This document shows, piece by piece, positions 59,137 to 64,000 of a stretch of 64,000 bases of DNA. This DNA comes from the human T2T-CHM13v2.0 reference genome, Homo sapiens, in NCBI RefSeq assembly GCF_009914755.1, contig NC_060946.1, one strand, 5' to 3'. The notes beneath the pieces are model-generated. The model did no database searches, was not told the DNA's origin, and worked only from the letters and a program-made list of their open reading frames with translations. The translations under genes and the position numbers were made by a program. The first letter of the stretch is position 1. Each line of letters opens with the position of its first letter.

Positions 59137-59321
59137 CATCTTGTGTGCATTCTGGATCTTCATCCTGTGCATCAGTGAGCTTTCCTTTGCTTTTAGCAGG
59201 AGGACACAGCTCTGAATGAAGTCACAGTATGCAAATTTCCCGTTGCTCTTTAAGTCGTATTTTATAATGAGCTGCTGACACTCCTCTTTGCTTATGTCCA
59301 GGTTGAATTTCTCCACAAGAG
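59137..59321 (-). CDS. EFCAB6: EFCAB6 coding exon, 185 bp: ALVEKFNLDISKEECQQLIIKYDLKSNGKFAYCDFIQSCVLLLKAKESSLMHRMKIQNAHKM
   Basis: Acceptor ttttttctgtAG; donor GTATGT; 2 + 61 codons; EF-hand-like loop DLKSNGKFAYCD. Confidence 0.95.
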
Positions 59322-61008
59322 CTACAGAAAAAAATGGCAGTTCAATTGGTGGCGATTCATTCATTCATTCATTCTTCACTCATTCATTCAACACTTGCTG
59401 AGACACCTTCTCTGCTTCAGGCCCTGGCTTGGTCCTCACATCAAAGAACTCACGGTTGGTGGCTGGACATATGTGGAGACAGACATGTGACAAACTAAGT
59501 GCCGCAGGGAGGGGGACCCTGAGTCCCGCTGGCCCACACTGTCCTGGGTTTGCATGGTCACAGCTTATGGACAGAGACTATGGGAGCTATGACCAAAACA
59601 CAGAGAGGGAGGTAAGGGGGTGTTCCCCGCCGTGTCAGGGCAGAGTCAGGTGTGTGAGGAGCAGGGGAAGGTTCCCTGAGCTCATAGTGAGCCTGGCTGG
59701 GGCTGGACTGTGGGGATGGAATTCAGACTCAGCCCTATGACCAAGTATTTCCTAACGGCACCAGAGACAGGTTCTCTAGTGTCTGTTATGCAAGGCAAAT
59801 TCTCGCTTTAAGTTTCCATTCCATTGATGATCTAAAAATATATACAACTTATTCTGGATACAGGGACCACCTTTAGGAGATAACAGCTGTGCAGCCTCAG
59901 GGGCTGAGTCCAGCTTTCTGATCAGGCTCATGTGGATGCTCCACGGGGAGTGTTGCTGGTGGCCGAGAGGCTGGCCCACCGGAACCTCTGAAGAGCAAGG
60001 CTCGCCCCACGCTTGGCACTCATCCTCATGCCGCATTCTCCTGCCAGTTGTAAAGACAACACTTCTCTGGGAGTGACAACTCATAATTGAAGGAGGCTTA
60101 TGTAAGATAAGATTTGAGTTGAAGTTTCATAGACTAGACTTTGTTTTGACATCCTGAAAGAACAGAATGTCAGGGAGTGGAATGCTGTGTGAGTTGTTGA
60201 GGCAAATGAGGAAGGCCAGTGGAAGCAGACTGCAGGCAAACGACACCTGCATGCCAAGCCAGGCCAAGAGAGGCTGTTGCACGTTCTAGAAGCAGAGATT
60301 TCTTTGCCCTTGCACACAGGGAAGCAGCAGCAGGTCACGGTGCCTGTCAGGACATAGCGGGGGCCCATGGAACCCCAAGGAACTGGCCCATACATGCCTC
60401 TGATGCTCTGACTCACAGAAGGCCATCAGCAGTGAGGAGAAAATACAGAATGACTTTTGGAAAGCAATCGGCTTTTTTTTACAGTATTGAATTTTGGATG
60501 CATGACTAACATCTGACAAGCCTATCATAATAACTGAGTGGGGACTTAAATGAGTTCATGGTTGAAAAGAAAAAGCCAGCAGTAGCAATAAGGACAGTAA
60601 CACAGTGAAGGTTTATCACTCTCAAAATCAAAGAATTAACTAAAAAAAAAAGGGAACGCCAATATGTGTGACAACCAACATGCGTGTTTTGGCTTCAGCA
60701 AAACGTTACATTAAATCAATGAACAACATTTGAATATTACTGATTTCAGATTTTTTATACTTAATTTACAAGTGTTTTTTAATAGGCTCTAACTTAAAGA
60801 GTTTACACCTGGTTTCATTTGTGCATTTTAAGGTCATGATTATGATAAAAGTAATTTATATTAATATTGGAGGCTCTCAAAGAAAACATTTTCCTTTAAA
60901 AGGAGTCTGTATATTAGTCATGTGTTGGGGGAGCTAAAAAGCCAAGGAGTGACATGGTCAGATGTATTTTCCTGTAATGTAAAATGTTGAATAAACAAGA
61001 TGTAACTG

Positions 61009-61345
<337 letters not shown>

Positions 61346-61825
61346 AAGATGCAATATTTACTGGAAGTATAAATCCCACTGGTTTAATTTTAAAAGTTTA
61401 CCAAAGTGATACATGCTGAAAAACGAAACAACATCAAAGAGTGAATGTTGATGGGAATGGAGCCCCAGGAGTGTCCCCTTCATCCCGCCCTCCTCCACCT
61501 TTTCCATTTCCTTCTGCAGTCAGAGTCTGTGAACATTCACACTCTGCCCAGGGTGGCAACCACTGTGATTTCTAAAGCTCAGAGTTAGTGCAGCGCTGAC
61601 TTTACCATGCAGATGGGCCCCCTGCTGGGAGGGCCGGGTAGTCGGAATCCTCCTCCATGGGGACCTTTGTATAGTAAGCTGCACAGCCCACCCAGAAGTT
61701 CCCACCAGTTTCCTGTTCTGCTGCTCCCTGGCCTCCACCCGGGGTGTGGCTTTGTACCCAGTGGGAACAGCCTCTTGCCACAGGGGCTGACCACATATTA
61801 CCAAGCAGATAGAATCTGAACGAAC

Positions 61826-61994
61826 CCAGGAAATCGGAGGCGTTGATGTCCCCCTGTCTGGCCACGTCCTTCTCCTTGCATTCTTTCAGGAGCTGGCGCC
61901 AGCAGCCCTGGATTCTCTTCCGGAGCCTGCTCTCTATGGGATCACAGTTCTGCAAGGGTGGAGTGCCCGGGATCACGGTGGTGCTCGCTGGAGT
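61826..61994 (-). CDS. EFCAB6: EFCAB6 coding exon, 169 bp: TPASTTVIPGTPPLQNCDPIESRLRKRIQGCWRQLLKECKEKDVARQGDINASDFL(A)
   Basis: Minus-strand acceptor ttttcttccctgctAG; donor G|GTTCGT; 56 codons + 1 nt, matching the phase of the next exon; EF-hand-like loop DVARQGDINASD. Confidence 0.92.
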
Positions 61995-62559
61995 CTAGCA
62001 GGGAAGAAAAGAAAAGGCTCTTTTCACTTAAGATTTAAAACGGAAGTCATCAAAAATACCTCAATACCTCCAGTTTTGAGGTTCACAATTTTAGAGGCAG
62101 AATTAGCCCAGAAATAAAATGAAGAATAAAACATAGATGGTGATTTTACAATGTAGCTTTTATTTCCATTGGTGGGCTATATGTACTTATGCCAAGCCAT
62201 AATAACCAAAATAATTTTGGAAATAGCCATGTAGCCAAGGTTCAAATCTACACAGATGAGATGTAAACATATTTCTGCTGTGTGTGTGTGTGTGTGAGAA
62301 GTGACAACGACAAATTTTTTCACTAGCGGAAGAGTCTTATCCAAGAAAGGGATTTACTTGTCCTGGGCACAAGACATCCAATCCGTAAACATTCACAGAA
62401 TATCTGTTATTTAGACATTATGTGGATCAAGTACGAGGCTGTTCTTTGCTTTATTGTATTTCCTATTTAAAAACAAGGGAGTGGCTCTAATCTAGCCCAG
62501 GTTTTTTTTCCTGAAGTCCCCGTTGACAAGTGGTTATCTAAATTAGTAACTTATGCAAT

Positions 62560-63259
<700 letters not shown>

Positions 63260-63260
<1 letters not shown>

Positions 63261-63712
63261 CTGCTGCTGTAACAGATTTCCGTGAATTTAGTGGCTTAAA
63301 ACAACACCAACTTATTATCTTACAGTTCTGGAGGTCCAAAGTCTGAACTGGGTCTCATTGAGCTAAAATCAAGGTGCCCAGTGGCTCAAGGGGAGAATCC
63401 ATTTTCTTGCCTTTTCAATTTCCAGAGGCTTCTCACAATCCTTGGTTTGTGGCCCCCTCCTCTCTCTCCAAAGCCAGCAGTGTTAGGTGGAATCTTTCTC
63501 AGATTGCATCTCTCTAGCCCTGAGCCTTCTGCCTCTGGATTCCCAGTTAAAGACCCATGTGATTACCCTGAGCCCACCTGCTTACTCCAGGATACTCTCC
63601 CCAAAGCCAGCTGATTAGCAACTTCAGTTCTGTTTGCAACCTTAACTTCCCTGGCCATGTAAGACAACATAGTCACAGCTTCCAAGGATTAGGACACAGG
63701 CATCTTTGGGGT
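63260..63712. mobile_element. MLT1-type LTR
   Basis: agtggcttaaaacaacac ... tattatcttacagttctggaggtc ... gctaaaatcaaggtg motifs. Confidence 0.8.
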
Positions 63713-64000
63713 GCTCCTGACCCCTCTTCCCTCTGCTCTACTTACCGCCTTTTAATGTAATAAACACTTATGCATACTGCTTTTCTTGCCTATTACCCCT
63801 AAAAGAACACAAACTCCACAAGAGCAGGAACCTTAGTTCATTCTCAGCTATAGAAAATACCCAGCACACAGTAGGTGTGCAATAAACTTGCATGGAGTTA
63901 ATGAGAATGGACTAGCCAAGGTCAAGGTCACGCATAGTGATGGTGGCTTCATGTGCATGGTGTGGCATTCTCTCAACCACCCTGTCCTGATGACATTGCC

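Overview
Primate (very probably human, chr22q13.2) genomic DNA carrying the 3' ends of two convergent genes. On the + strand are the last three coding exons and 3' UTR of MPPED1, a calcineurin-like metallophosphoesterase (exons 22388-22503, 27091-27204, 29939-30057; AATAAA at 32265). On the - strand are the last four coding exons of EFCAB6, a multi-EF-hand protein (61826-61994, 59137-59321, 55264-55413, 53302-53424; AATAAA at 53242-53247). All exons have GT-AG boundaries with matching phases. The rest is intron and about 21 kb of intergenic DNA with Alu, MIR, L2, L1 and MaLR repeats, plus about 8.5 kb of long degenerate simple repeats. Almost all ORF-track entries are artefacts. I see no prokaryotic-type system and no new protein-coding gene. 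The best leads are: (i) five kb-scale GGT/GAT arrays, all G-rich on the MPPED1 sense strand, three abutting MIR tails, plus a CCAT array abutting an L2 tail; (ii) a homogeneous 15/30/60-bp higher-order VNTR; (iii) a 994-bp-spaced duplication with a perfectly identical 125-bp block; (iv) an in-frame competing 5' splice site in EFCAB6 and an intronic poly(A) option in MPPED1; (v) several motif-dense candidate regulatory elements. Gene names and repeat families were recognised from memory, not by database search, and repeat boundaries are approximate.
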